From contig MCFG01000170.1 in the NCBI GenBank assembly GCA_002104895.1, positions 62,001 to 126,000 on the forward strand: 64,000 nt of DNA, given 5' to 3'. The stretch comes from Anaeromyces robustus (Eukaryota). This document shows, piece after piece, positions 1 through 12,885 of the stretch. Made by a program: the position numbers and the translations under genes. The stretch's first letter is position 1; every line of letters begins with the position of its first letter. The notes under the pieces were generated by a model. That model saw only the letters and a program-made list of their open reading frames with translations, was not told the origin of the DNA and ran no database searches.

Positions 1-569
1 GACCCTTAGAGGTAATACGACGACCACTATTTCGTAAATAATTATTAATAAAAATACAAAAGTTTTCATTAATATTTCAAATTGTTATTATAAAAAATAA
101 ATAAAAATACAAAAACAATATCTTACCCGTTGTTGTCCTTTTCAAGAATTTCCATCTTTTCTAAACCTTGGACGATTTTTCTTAAAATGTTACCAGAGGC
201 ATCACAGTGGTGGGATGGACGAGTACCACGGTTGCAGGAGCTACCGTGCTTTCTACGGAGGGCACCAATACCAACATTTGGACGGAGGTAGATATGGCGA
301 GCAATAGAAGCTATTTATAATTTTTATAATTATTAACCATCTAACTACTATATAAAAAATAATAATAAATAAAACTAATATAAATTATTAAACATACCAG
401 CACGAATGTAGTACCAGTCTTGGTCGTATGGAGCAAGTTCCTTGAAAGTGGCGGTTTTAACAAGGTCAACCCATTTTGGGACATCTAATTTACCGGTTTT
501 TTTGAGGTAGGCAGCGTAGGCCTTAACGAAAACGTGTGGGTTTACGTCTTTGACAGTTGTTCCAGCCAT
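1..569 (-). CDS. RPS19: 40S ribosomal protein S19 (eS19), runs off the window's left edge; coding exons 569-398, 310-127, 26-<1
   Basis: Spliced translation [127 protein letters not shown] is classic eS19. The GT-AG introns keep frame. Confidence 0.97.
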
Positions 570-937
570 ATCTTAATTATTATTATATTATTTTATATAA
601 AATATTATTATTAATTACATGATATAGTGTAAAATAGTATTTAAAATAATTAAATTGTTTTAACATAGTAACATCTTATAGATTTATAAAATATATATAG
701 TATTGACTTTTAATTATTGATTAGGTTTATAATAACTAAATTAAATGAAAATGCCTTATATATTACTAAAAATATATCTTCATTTTATATATAATAAATA
801 AAATATCGGACCATTATATCATTTACTCATCAAACACAACATTAACAAACATTAATAAAAACCATAAACATTAACACATCCATCATTCAAATTCATTAAT
901 CATTAATAATTCATTCATTCATTCATTAATTCATTAC

Positions 938-970
938 CTTAAAATATTTTATGCTTGCAAAAGAAAAGAG
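938..970 (-). promoter_or_regulatory. Probable non-coding first exon of RPS19 beginning with a pyrimidine tract (TOP/TCT-like); 5'-UTR intron 937-572
   Basis: The minus strand reads CTCTTTTCTTTTGCAAGCATAAAATATTTTAAG|gtaatg. The acceptor ttaag| lies 2 nt before the ATG. CCAAT/ATTGG boxes occur just upstream (about 996, 1037, 1058). Confidence 0.55.
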
Positions 971-1146
971 TGTTAAACAAATTTGAAATACTGGTCCAAT
1001 TAGTCATTCAAAGTGTATGTGGCTTAAAATATTTTCATTGGATATTAAATTTTTATCCAATCTTTTTTTCGTATTTTAATGTATGTATTTAAAATGTACA
1101 TTATATATGAAATTTTTACTATATTAATATATTTTTTATTTATTTT

Positions 1147-1390
<244 letters not shown>

Positions 1391-2112
1391 ATAATTTTAG
1401 TTTATTTTTATTATTAATATTTAATCCATAATTAATGGAGAAAAATGTTTATCAATTTACTATCTATTAATTGTTAAAATAATTAAACTTTAACATATAT
1501 CTTTATTTATTTATTTTTTTTTTTTTTCAAGTGGTGCAGTTAAAAGTTGATAAAGTATATTATATAAGTGGAGTATAATCAATTATATTAATAATATAAT
1601 ACTACATTAATGTTAAAAAATAAATAAAAGGCAATACAAATACAAATAATATACATATAATAAATGATTTATGCATATTCTATCACCAATGTCTAGTACA
1701 TATATAATTTAATATCAATATACATAAATGAACCTCTTTTATATCATATTTATACATGTTTAAAATTCATTTTACATATAATATATATAAAAGATAGTTA
1801 ACACAACAATAATATTTTAAGAATTTATTTTTACTTTGTTATATTATCAATTTATAATTGTTTTTAATTAATTATATGTTCTAAAACCTTTAAAATAATA
1901 AATTTATAATATGAAGTAATCTTAGTCTTTAAAATGTTACAAAGTTTAATTAGATAAATCATAATTATTATTCTTGATAATAAAATTTACACAAATAATT
2001 TTATTAAAATATACAAACATATTTCATTTGGCTATTCATATGGAATACATATCTTGTTTGAATAATTTGAGTATTGGATCATTTTATTTTCTTTAATAAT
2101 AAAAGGAAATAA

Positions 2113-3003
2113 TTATATTTTTGACTCTCTTTTACGACATTTAGATATGTAACAACATTTGCTATAAATGGAGAAATTTTTCTATTTCATTACTACTTAA
2201 ATATTTTTTTTTTTTTTTTTTTTTTTTTGAATCAGTTAAATAGAATTAAAAACATTTAATTAATAAATTTAATAAAAAAAACATTTTTCATTATTTACAA
2301 TTCTTTTAAATTTTTCATACATCTGGCAATGTTTTAATATAATTTCTATTCAGATCTCTTTTATATATAAAAAATATTAATCGTTTAAATAATTTTATTA
2401 TAATTAAATATTTTATAAAATTTATTATTTAATATATAATATTTACAAATATTCTAACTCAGTTAATCCATTAATAGAAAGAGGAATTACTTCTATTTTA
2501 TTATGTTTTAACTCTCTTTTTTATTATTATCATTATTATTTTAAAAAAAATTCTTGAATTAGTTATATGTGATTAAATATATATTTTTTAATTTAATAAT
2601 TTTAATAAAAAAAATTTTTTTTCATTTACTTAAAGAATTGCCAAATTATATAAATAAAAATTATTAATCTAAATAATAAAAAAAAATAAAAAGAAAAAAG
2701 AGGAAATTTTATTATTCAAATAATTTAATAATTATTACAATATTTCCATTGAATTTCCAATAGAAGATGGAATAATTTCAACTTTATGATAATCTTCAAC
2801 ACCATCTAAACATCTTTTATTATCATCAGCATTATTTCAAAATGAATTTTTTGAATTAGTCATATAATTAAAAATATTTCATTTATAAATTCAATATTAA
2901 TAAAAAAAATTAAAAATTAAAACATTTTTATTTACAATTCTTTTAAATTTTTTTTATTTTAAAAAGACCTCTGGTATTTCTTTAATATCATTTATTTGAT
3001 TTT
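2113..3003 (-). pseudogene. Decayed copy (A) of the LRR-TM gene family
   Basis: Remnants of exons 5, 6, 8, 9, 10 and the last codons (..CCYISKCRKRESKI*), plus the family 3' UTR. Exons 1-4, most of exon 7 and the stalk/TM part of exon 11 are missing. Exons 6 and 9 carry internal deletions. Confidence 0.85.
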
Positions 3004-4051
3004 TATAAAAAAAAAATTTTTTTTTTTTGTTTACCATTAAAAGTAAAAGAATAATTAAATAAATTTAATTGATTAAAAATTTTATTTTTAATAAAAATAA
3101 ACAAATTATTATAATTAAATTTTTTTAATTTATCCTATCACTATTTGTATATTTATTAACTTTAATTATTAAGTATTTAAAAGATTTCGGATTTTAATAA
3201 ATTGTATGCTTTAACGAAATTTCGAAAATTTTAATTAATACACATGTAATTAATATGTAATATATAATAAAGGATAAATTAATTAAATTTAATTATTAAA
3301 TAAATTCTTTGAAAAATATGAAAAATATAAAAAAAAAAAAATTAAAAAATTGATAAAAAAAAAAAAAAAAAAATAAAAGAATGAATGAATTAATGAATTA
3401 ATTAATTAATTAATAAATGAATAATAATAATAATATTAAATTATTTAAATTTTCTTTTTCATTTTATTTTCATTTTATTTATCTTTTATTTTTTTTTTTT
3501 TTTTTAAATAATAAATTTCAATTTTTAATTGATAAAAATTAAAATAGAAAATTAATTTTCTTGTTAAAGGAAAAGAAGTCTTGTCAATACAAGCTTTGTT
3601 TAGGAGAGGTTCACTTCAACATCGAAATTGTACGATAATTCAAGTTATGAGTGTAGTTTACCATATTGACTTGAGTGATTATCCCCTAAAGAGCTATATC
3701 TTTGAGAAGTGGAAAGAGTTACTAAATTATTAGTATAACTCTTAGTATCATATTATATAAAAAGGAAAATTAATTATCTAAATTTTATTATTATTATTAT
3801 TTTAAATATTTTAAATATTCTAAATTATATAAAAATATTATACCTTAATATATTTATTTATAATATGTTTTATTATTTGAATTAGATTACAAACAAATAT
3901 ATTTATTAATTCTATATTATAATAATCTAAGTTTTATATTAATAATAGTACAATATGCAATAATACTAATATTTAAATTCCTATTCATATGAAATATATA
4001 TCTGTTTGAATATTGGATTATTTTATTTTCTTTAATAATAAAAGGAAATAA

Positions 4052-5489
4052 TTATTTTCTTGGCTCTCTTGGCTCTTTTACAGAAATTTGTTTACATACG
4101 GAAAATATACCTGTCACTATTAATGCAAGAAAAACAACAAGAAAAAATATAACCACTGCCATTCCAATTATAAATTCTCTTAATCTTTTTTTTGGTGATA
4201 TGCTTTGTTCTTCTTCATTCTGTCTATTTTCTTCTTCAATTTCCCATTTATTTTGATAATTTACAGGTTTTTCTAACTTTTCTAAATCATTTATTGAATC
4301 AGGCAATTCTTTAATATAATTACCATATAAAGTTCTTTATATATATATATATATATATATATAATAATTATTAATAGCTAATATTAAATAGTTTTTTTTT
4401 TTTAATTACAGAAATATTAAAAATATCTGGTAATGAATTAATATAATTATACTTTACAATTTTTCTAATTCAGTTAAATTTGCGATAGATGGGGAAATTT
4501 CTTCTATTTTATTACTACTTAAATATCTTTTTTTTTTTTTTTTAGAAAAAAAAATAATTAATTAGGATTAAAAATATTTAATCAATAAATTTAATAAAAA
4601 AAAAACTTTTTTTTTCATTACTTACAATTCTTTTAAATTTTTCAATTGATATAGTTCATCTGGCAATGTTTTAATATTATTTCCACTCAGATTTCTTTTA
4701 TATATAAAATATTAAATATTATTTATTTAAATAATTTTTATAATTAAAAATTATATAAAATTTTACTATTTAATATATAATAATTACAAATATTCTAATT
4801 CAGTTGATTCCTTAATAGAAGGAGGAATTACTTCTATTTGATTATAGTTTAAATTTCTTTTTTATTATTATCATTATTTTAAGAAATAATTCATTGAATT
4901 AGTTACATATGATTAAATATACATTTTTAATTTAAAAATTTTAATAATTTTTTTTTTCATCTACTTACAAACGTTTTAATTTTTTCAATTGAAAAAGTTC
5001 ATTTGGCAATTCTTTAATTTCATTTTCACTTATATCTCTTTTATTATATAAATAAATAAAAATTATTAATTTATATAATTAAAAAATAAATAAATAATAA
5101 TAAAATATATATATATATTATTCAAATAATTTAATAATTATTACAATATTTCCAATTCAGATAAGTTTCCAATAGAAGATGGAATAATTTCTATTTTATG
5201 ATATATTTCAACACCTTCTAAACATCTTTTATTATCATCAGTATTATTTCAAAATGAATTTTTTTATTTTTGAATTAGTCATATAATTAAAAATATATTT
5301 AAAAATATTTTATTTATAAATTCAATAAAAAAAATAAACATTTTTATTTTTATTTACAATTCTTTTAATTTTTTCAATTTAAAAAGTTCTTCTGGTATTT
5401 CATTAAGATCGTTTACTTGATTTTGTCTTATAGTTCTTTTTTAATAAAAAATTTTTAATTTGAATATTTTTATATTTATATAATATTAA

Positions 5490-5523
<34 letters not shown>

Positions 5524-6445
5524 TATTATTCAAATAATATAATAATTATTACAATTTTTCTAATTCAGATAATTCTCCAATAACAGGTGGAATTTTAACA
5601 AATTCCAATCTATGTATTTTTCTTTTATATATATATATATATATAATAAATAAAAAATAAGAAAAAGAGTTTTCGAATTAGTTATAATAAAAATTTATTA
5701 TTCACAAAATTAATAAAAAAATATTTACAATTCTCTTAATTTTTTCAATTTAGCGAGTTCCTCAGGTAAATCTGTAACTGACATAAAATACATAGAACTT
5801 TATATATATATATATATATATATACATTAAATTTAAATTTTATTCAAATAAAAAAGAAAAAAAAAATACATAAAACAAAAATATTAAAAATAAATTATTA
5901 TTTAAATATTTATAATTGTTAGTATCTAATTACAGATATTCCAACTCAGATAATTCTCCAATAGAAGGAGGTATTTCTGTCATTTCTTCCATATTTAAAT
6001 GCCTATTTTATTATCATTGTTATTATTATTTTTATTTTTTTATAAGAAATTTTTTTGAAATTAGCCTTGGAATAAAATAAATTTTATTGTTTATAATAAT
6101 TTAAAACTTTATTATAATAATATTATATTATAATAATAACATTGTCACAATATTATATTATTGTATTTTATAATATTATATTATATTTATTATATTATAC
6201 TATATTGTACTGTATAAAAATATATACAATTCACGTATATGACCATCTTTAGTAATTGCAAAAGAAAAAGTCCCAGTATTATCACCACTATTTTCATGAC
6301 ATTCTTTATTATTTTTACCAATTATTGAATAAAAAATTTGACATTCTTCGTCAACACTTGTACTATTGTTAACATTGATAGAATTTACCAATGTTAAATT
6401 TAAAATAGAAATAATAATATTTAATAATAATATATTTAATTTCAT
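4052..6445 (-). CDS. LRR receptor-like protein copy B: signal peptide, Cys N-cap, 10 LRRs, acidic stalk, one TM, short tail; 380 aa; exons 6445-6228, 6002-5934, 5797-5729, 5621-5553, 5435-5358, 5225-5145, 5037-4969, 4856-4788, 4694-4626, 4526-4458, 4334-4052
   Basis: Manual splicing gives an open 1143-nt CDS. It starts MKLNILLLNIIISILNLTLVNS, has repeats such as L-NLSGNNIKTLPDELYQLKNLKEL and L-YLSSNKIEEISPSIANLTELEKL, and the TM FIIGMAVVIFFLVVFLALIVTGIFSV. All 10 introns are GT-AG and phase 2. Confidence 0.9.
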
Positions 6446-6993
6446 TTTTTTATTTTTTATTTTTTTTTTTATTTTAATATTTAATATTTTTATTTTTTGT
6501 TTTTTTTTTTGTTTTTTTGTTTTTTTTTTCAAAATTTTTATATTTAATATTCTTGTTTTTTTTTGTTTTTTTTTTCAAAATTTTAAAACTTTGCACTTTC
6601 TTTTTGTTTTTATATTGAAAAAAAAAAAAAAATTTTATTTTTTGTTTACTATTAAAAGTAAATGAATAGTTAAATAAATTTTAATATACATGCTTTTATT
6701 ATAAAATAATTTATTTTAATATATTTATTAATTTATTTTATTTTATAATTTAATTAATTAATATAGCTCTTTGCTACTCCTTTAATTATAATTATGTATA
6801 TTAATTAGATTTTTCGAATTTTTGTTAAAACAAATTTAATTATTAATTATTAAAAAGATTTCAAATTTTTAAAAATTAATTTTTTTATAAAAATATTTCT
6901 GAACCAAAAATAAATCAAAAATAAGAAAAAAAAGTAAAAAAAAAAAAAAAAAAATAAGATTAAATGAAAAAAAAAAAAGAATGAATGAATGAA

Positions 6994-7024
<31 letters not shown>

Positions 7025-7081
<57 letters not shown>

Positions 7082-7385
7082 GCAATAAAATAATGAAAAC
7101 TTTATTTAAATTTAATTTAAAAAGTACATGTTATAAAGTAATTGTACATATTAAAACTTAATCTAATAAAGAATAATAATTTATTATTTAATAGATAGTA
7201 ATAATTTATAATTACTTCATATGGTATAGTGTATATTATTAAATTAAATCAAGTTGGAAAGTTATTATCATTATTAGATGCGTGTGACCTACTGTCTTGT
7301 CCTACTGAATTGTCAGCTTCGACGCTCTTGGTTAGATTGTTGGGATACCTATTGAATAATGACCAGATCTGGCCACTAACAGTAG
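7025..7385 (-). mobile_element. 5'-truncated poly(A)-tailed retroposed insertion (3' end of a non-LTR element or an mRNA retrocopy)
   Basis: T56 at 7025-7080, about 170 nt of putative 3' UTR, then a GC-richer open frame ending STVSGQIWSLFNRYPNNLTKSVEADNSVGQDSRSHASNNDNNFPT* (TGA 7251-7249). It sits inside the (AAT)n tract, which is uninterrupted in the other spacers, with gaataataataat on both sides. Confidence 0.65.
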
Positions 7386-7398
7386 AATAATAATAATA

Positions 7399-7433
<35 letters not shown>

Positions 7434-7879
7434 TAAATTTTCATTTTCATTTTCATTTTCATTTTTTTTTATTTTTTTTTTTGAATAATGAATTTCAATT
7501 AATTAATTTTCTTGTTAAGGGTTAAGACATATACTTGTCAAAAAAAATAAACTTTGGAAATTTTATTGTTTTTTATTATTCTAAATTTTGGAAAATATTT
7601 TACTAAATTATATAAAAATATTATACATAAATAAAGATATAAAAGTATAATATTTTTATACCTTTATAATTTTATATATTTATCTATAATATGTTTTATT
7701 ATTTAATTAGATTACAACAAATATATTTATTTATTAATTCTATATTATAATAATCTAAGTTTTATATTAATAATAGTACAATATGTAATAATACTAATAT
7801 TTAAATTGCTATTTATATGAAATTTATATCTGTTTGAATATTGAATTATTTTATTTTTTTTAATAATAAAAGGAAATAA

Positions 7880-8676
7880 TTATATTCTTGGCTCTCTTAG
7901 CTCTCTTGGCTCTTTTGGCTCTTTTCTACAACAATGTTTACATAGGCAAAATATACATATCACTATTAATATAAGAATAACAACATGAAAAATTATATAC
8001 ATAGCTATTCCCATTGTAAGATTTCTTGAGTTTCTTTCATCTGCTATTCTTTGTTCTTCTTCATACCGTCTATTTTCTTCTTCAATTTCCCATTTATTTT
8101 GATAACGTACAGGTTTTTCCAACTTTTTTAAATCATTTATTGAATCAGGTAATTCTTTAATATAATTATCATATAAATTTCTTTTATATATATATATAAT
8201 AATTATTAATAACTAAATATTAATAGTTTTTTAAATTTCTTGTAATAAATTAATATAAGTATACTTTACAATTTTTCTAATTCAGTTAAATTTGCGATAG
8301 ATGGAGAAATTTTTTCTATTACATTACTACTTAAATATCTATTAAATTTATTTATTAAATATTTTTAATTCTAATTAACTAATTTTCTTTATTTTTTCTT
8401 AAAAAAAAAAAATCTTTTTTTCATTACTTACAATTCTTTTAAATTTTTCAATTGATATAATTCATCTGGCAATGTTTTAATTTTATTTCTACTCAGATCT
8501 CTTTATATATAAAATATATTAATAGTTTAAATAAATTTATTATAATTAAAAATTTTATAAAATTTATTGTTTAATATATAATATATATTTAATATATAAT
8601 ATTTACAAATATTCTAACTCAGTTGGTTCCTTAATAGAAGGAGGAATTACTTCTATTTGATTCCTGTGTAAATCTC

Positions 8677-8758
<82 letters not shown>

Positions 8759-9140
8759 CATTATTTTAAAAAAAAATTCATTGAATTAGTTATGATTAAA
8801 TATATATTTTTAATTTAAAAATTTTAATAATTTTTTTTTTTTCATCTATTTACAAATGTTTTAATTTTTTCAATTGAAAAAGTTCATTTGGCAATTCTTT
8901 AATTTCATTTCCACTTATATCTCTTTTATAATATAGATAAATAAAAATTATTAATTTTTATAATTAAAAAAAAAAATAAATAATAATAAATATATAAATA
9001 TATATTATTCAAATAATTTAATAATAATTACAATATTTCCAATTCAGATAAGTTTCCAATAGAAGATGGAATAATTTCTGCTTTATGATGATCTTCAACA
9101 CCTTCTAAACATCTTTTATTATCATCAGTATTATTTTAAA

Positions 9141-9176
<36 letters not shown>

Positions 9177-9392
9177 AATTAGCCATATAATTAAAAATAT
9201 ATTTAAAAATATTTTATTTATAAATTCAATATAAAAAAACATTTTTATTTTTATTTACAATTCTTTTAATTTTTTCAATTTAAAAAGTTCTTCTGGTATT
9301 TCATTAAGATCGTTTACTTGATTTTGTCTTATAGTTCTTTTTTATGAATTAAAAATTTTTTATTTAATATTTTTATATTTATATAATACTAA

Positions 9393-9429
<37 letters not shown>

Positions 9430-10387
9430 TATTATTCAAATATTATAATAAATATTACAATTTTTCTAATTCAGATAATTCTCCAATAACAGGTGGAATT
9501 TTAAAAAATTCTAATCTATGTATATATCTTTTTTTTTAATATATATATATATATATATATAATAAATAAAAAATAAGAAAAAGAGTTTTCGAATTAGTTA
9601 TAATAAAAATTTATTATTCACAAAATTAATAAAAAAATATTTACAATTCTTTTAATTTTTTCAATTTAGCGAGTTCAGCAGGTAAATCTGTAACTGACAT
9701 AAAATACATAGAACTTTATATATATATATATATACATTAAATTTAAATTTTATTACAAAAAAAAAAGAAAAAAAAAATACACAAAACAGAAATATTAAAA
9801 AAAAATTATTATTTAAATATTTATAATTGTTAGTATCTAATTACAGATATTCCAACTCAGATAATTCTCCAATAGAAGGAGGTATTTCTGTCATTTTTTC
9901 CATATTTAAATGCCTATTTTATTATTATTGTTATCATTATTTTTATTTTTTTATATAAGAAATTTTTTTGATTTTATATAAGAAATTTTTTTGAAATTAG
10001 CTTAAGAATAAAATAAATTTTATTGTTTATAATAATTTAAAACTTTATTATAATAATATTATTATATAATAATAACATTGTCACAATATTATATTATATT
10101 ATTGTATTTTATAATACTATATTATATTTATTATATTATACTATATTGTACTGTATAAAAATATATTACAATTCACGTATATGACCATCTTTAGTAATTG
10201 CAAAAGAAAAAGTCCCAGTATTATCACCACTATTTTCATGACATTCTTTATTATTTTTACCAATTATTGAATAAAAAATTTGACATTCTTCGTCAACACT
10301 TGTACTATTGTTAACATTGATTGAATTAACCAATGTTAAATTTAAAATAGAAATAATAATATTTAATAATAATATATTTAATTTCAT
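7880..10387 (-). CDS. LRR receptor-like protein copy C (11 exons, 10 LRRs, TM, Cys-rich juxtamembrane tail)
   Basis: Same exon series as copy B, with ATG at 10387. Last exon ends ...LTMGIAMYIIFHVVILILIVICIFCLCKHCCRKEPKEPRELREPRI*. Confidence 0.88.
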
Positions 10388-10897
10388 TTTTTTATTTTTT
10401 ATTTTTTTTTTTATTTTAATATTTAATATTTTTGCTTTTTGTTTTTTGTTTTTTGTTTTTTTTTTTTTTTTCAAAATTTTTATATTTAATATTCTTGTTT
10501 TTTTTTGTTTTTTTTTTTAAAATTTTAAAACTTTGCACTTTCTTTTTGTTTTTATATTGAAAAAAAAATTTTATTTTTTGTTTACTATTAAAAGTAAATG
10601 AATAGTTAAATAAATTTTAATATACATGCTTTTATTATAAAATAATTTATTTTAATATATTTATTAATTTATTTTATTTTATAATTAAATTAATTAATAT
10701 AGCTCTTTGCTACTCCTTTAATTATAATTGTGTATATTAATTAGATTTTTCGAATTTTCGTTAAAACAAATTTAATTATTAATTATTAAAAAGATTTTAA
10801 ATTTTTAAAAAAAATTAATTCTTTATAAAAATATTTCTGAACCAAAAATAAGGAAAAAAAGTTTAAAAAAAAAAATAAGATTAAAAGAAAAAAAGAA

Positions 10898-10969
<72 letters not shown>

Positions 10970-11398
10970 TACTATTTAAATTTTCATTTTCATTTTCATT
11001 TTTTTTTTATTCTTTTTTTTTTTAAAAAAATAATAAATTTCAATTAATTAATTTTCTTGTTAAGGATTAAGACATATACTTGTCAAAAAATTAAATTTTG
11101 GAAAATTTTATTACTTTTTATTATTCTAAATTATATAAAAATATTATACATAAAGATATTAAGGTATAAAAACATTATACCTTTATAACTTTATATATTT
11201 TTCTATAATATGTTTTATTATTTAATTAGATTACAACAAATATATTTATTTATTAATTCTATATTATAATAATCTAAGTTTTATATTAATAATAGTACAA
11301 TATGTAATAATACTAATATTTAAATTGCTATTTATATGAAATTTATATCTGTTTGAATATTGAATTATTTTATTTTTTTTAATAATAAAAGGAAATAA

Positions 11399-12600
11399 TT
11401 ATATTCTTGGCTCTCTTAGCTCTCTTGGCTCTTTTGGCTCTTTTCTACAACAATGTTTACATAGGCAAAATATACATATCACTATTAATATAAGAATAAC
11501 AACATGAAAAATTATATACATAGCTATTCCCATTGTAAGATTTCTTGAGTTTCTTTCATCTGCTATTCTTTGTTCTTCTTCATACCGTCTATTTTCTTCT
11601 TCAATTTCCCATTTATTTTGATAACGTACAGGTTTTTCTAACTTTTTTAAATCATTTATTGAATCAGGCAATTCTTTAATATAATTATCATATAAATTTC
11701 TTTTATATATATATATAATAATTATTAATAAATAAATATTAATAGTTTTTTAAATTACTTGTAATAAATTAATATAATTATACTTTACAATTTTTCTAAT
11801 TCAGTTAAATTTGCGATAGATGGAGAAATTCTTTCTATTTCATTACTAGTTAAATCTCTATTAAATTTTTTTATTAAATATTTTTAATCCTAATTAATTA
11901 ATTTTTTTTTTTTTCTCTTAAAAAAAACTTTTTTTTTTTTCATTACTTACAATTCTTTTAAATTTTTTAATTGATATAGTTCATCTGGCAATGTTTTAAT
12001 ATTATTTCCACTCAGTTCTCTTTTATATGTAAAATATAAAATATTAATAGTTTAAATAAATTTATTATAATTAAAAATTTTATAAAATTTTACTATTTAA
12101 TATATAATATTTACAAATATTCTAACTCAGTTGATTCCTTAATAGAAGGAGGAATTACTTTTATTTGATTACTGTTTAAATTTCTTTTTTATTATTATCA
12201 TTATTTTAAAAAAAAATTCATTGAATTAGTTATGATTAAATATATATTTTTAATTTAAAAATTTTAATAATTTTTTTTTTTCATCTATTTACAAATGTTT
12301 TAATTTTTTCAATTGAAAAAGTTCATTTGGCAATTCTTTAATTTCATTTCCACTTATATCTCTTTTATAATATAGATAAATAAAAATTATTAATTTATAT
12401 AATTAAAAAAAAAATAATAAATAATAATAAATATATATATATATATATACTATTCAAATAATTTAATAATTATTACAATATTTCCAATTCAGATAAGTTT
12501 ACAATAGAAGATGGAATAATTTCTGCTTTATGATGATCTTCAACACCTTCTAAACATCTTTTATTATCATCAGTATTATATCAAAATGAATTATTATTAT

Positions 12601-12631
<31 letters not shown>

Positions 12632-12848
12632 GAATTAGCCATATAATTAAAAATATATTTAAAAATATTTTATTTATAAATTCAATATAAAAAAACATTT
12701 TTATTTTTATTTACAATTCTTTTAATTTTTTCAATTTAAAAAGTTCTTCTGGTATTTCATTAAGATCGTTTACTTGATTTTGTCTTATAGTTCTTTTTTA
12801 TGAATTAAAAATTTTTTATTTAATATTTTTATATTTATATAATACTAA

Positions 12849-12885
<37 letters not shown>

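Noticed and set aside
800..895. Possible intronic C/D snoRNA in the RPS19 leader intron
   Set aside because: TGATGA is present, but there is no CTGA box D or terminal stem that I can support.
3645..3665. GTGTAGT resembling the U2 snRNA branch-pairing sequence
   Set aside because: No other U2 sequence surrounds it.
4458..6002. Regularly spaced ~69-nt similar units as a CRISPR-like array
   Set aside because: The units are divergent coding exons bounded by GT-AG introns in a eukaryotic gene, and there are no cas genes.
6446..6532. Lys-rich N-terminal extensions on ORFs 6200..6532 and 10166..10474
   Set aside because: Non-ATG starts in an A-rich leader. The ATG conserved across copies gives the signal peptide MKLN.
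6366..6665. Hydrophobic + strand ORFs (6366..6665, 10308..10520)
   Set aside because: Antisense shadows of the LRR gene first exon and its T-rich leader.
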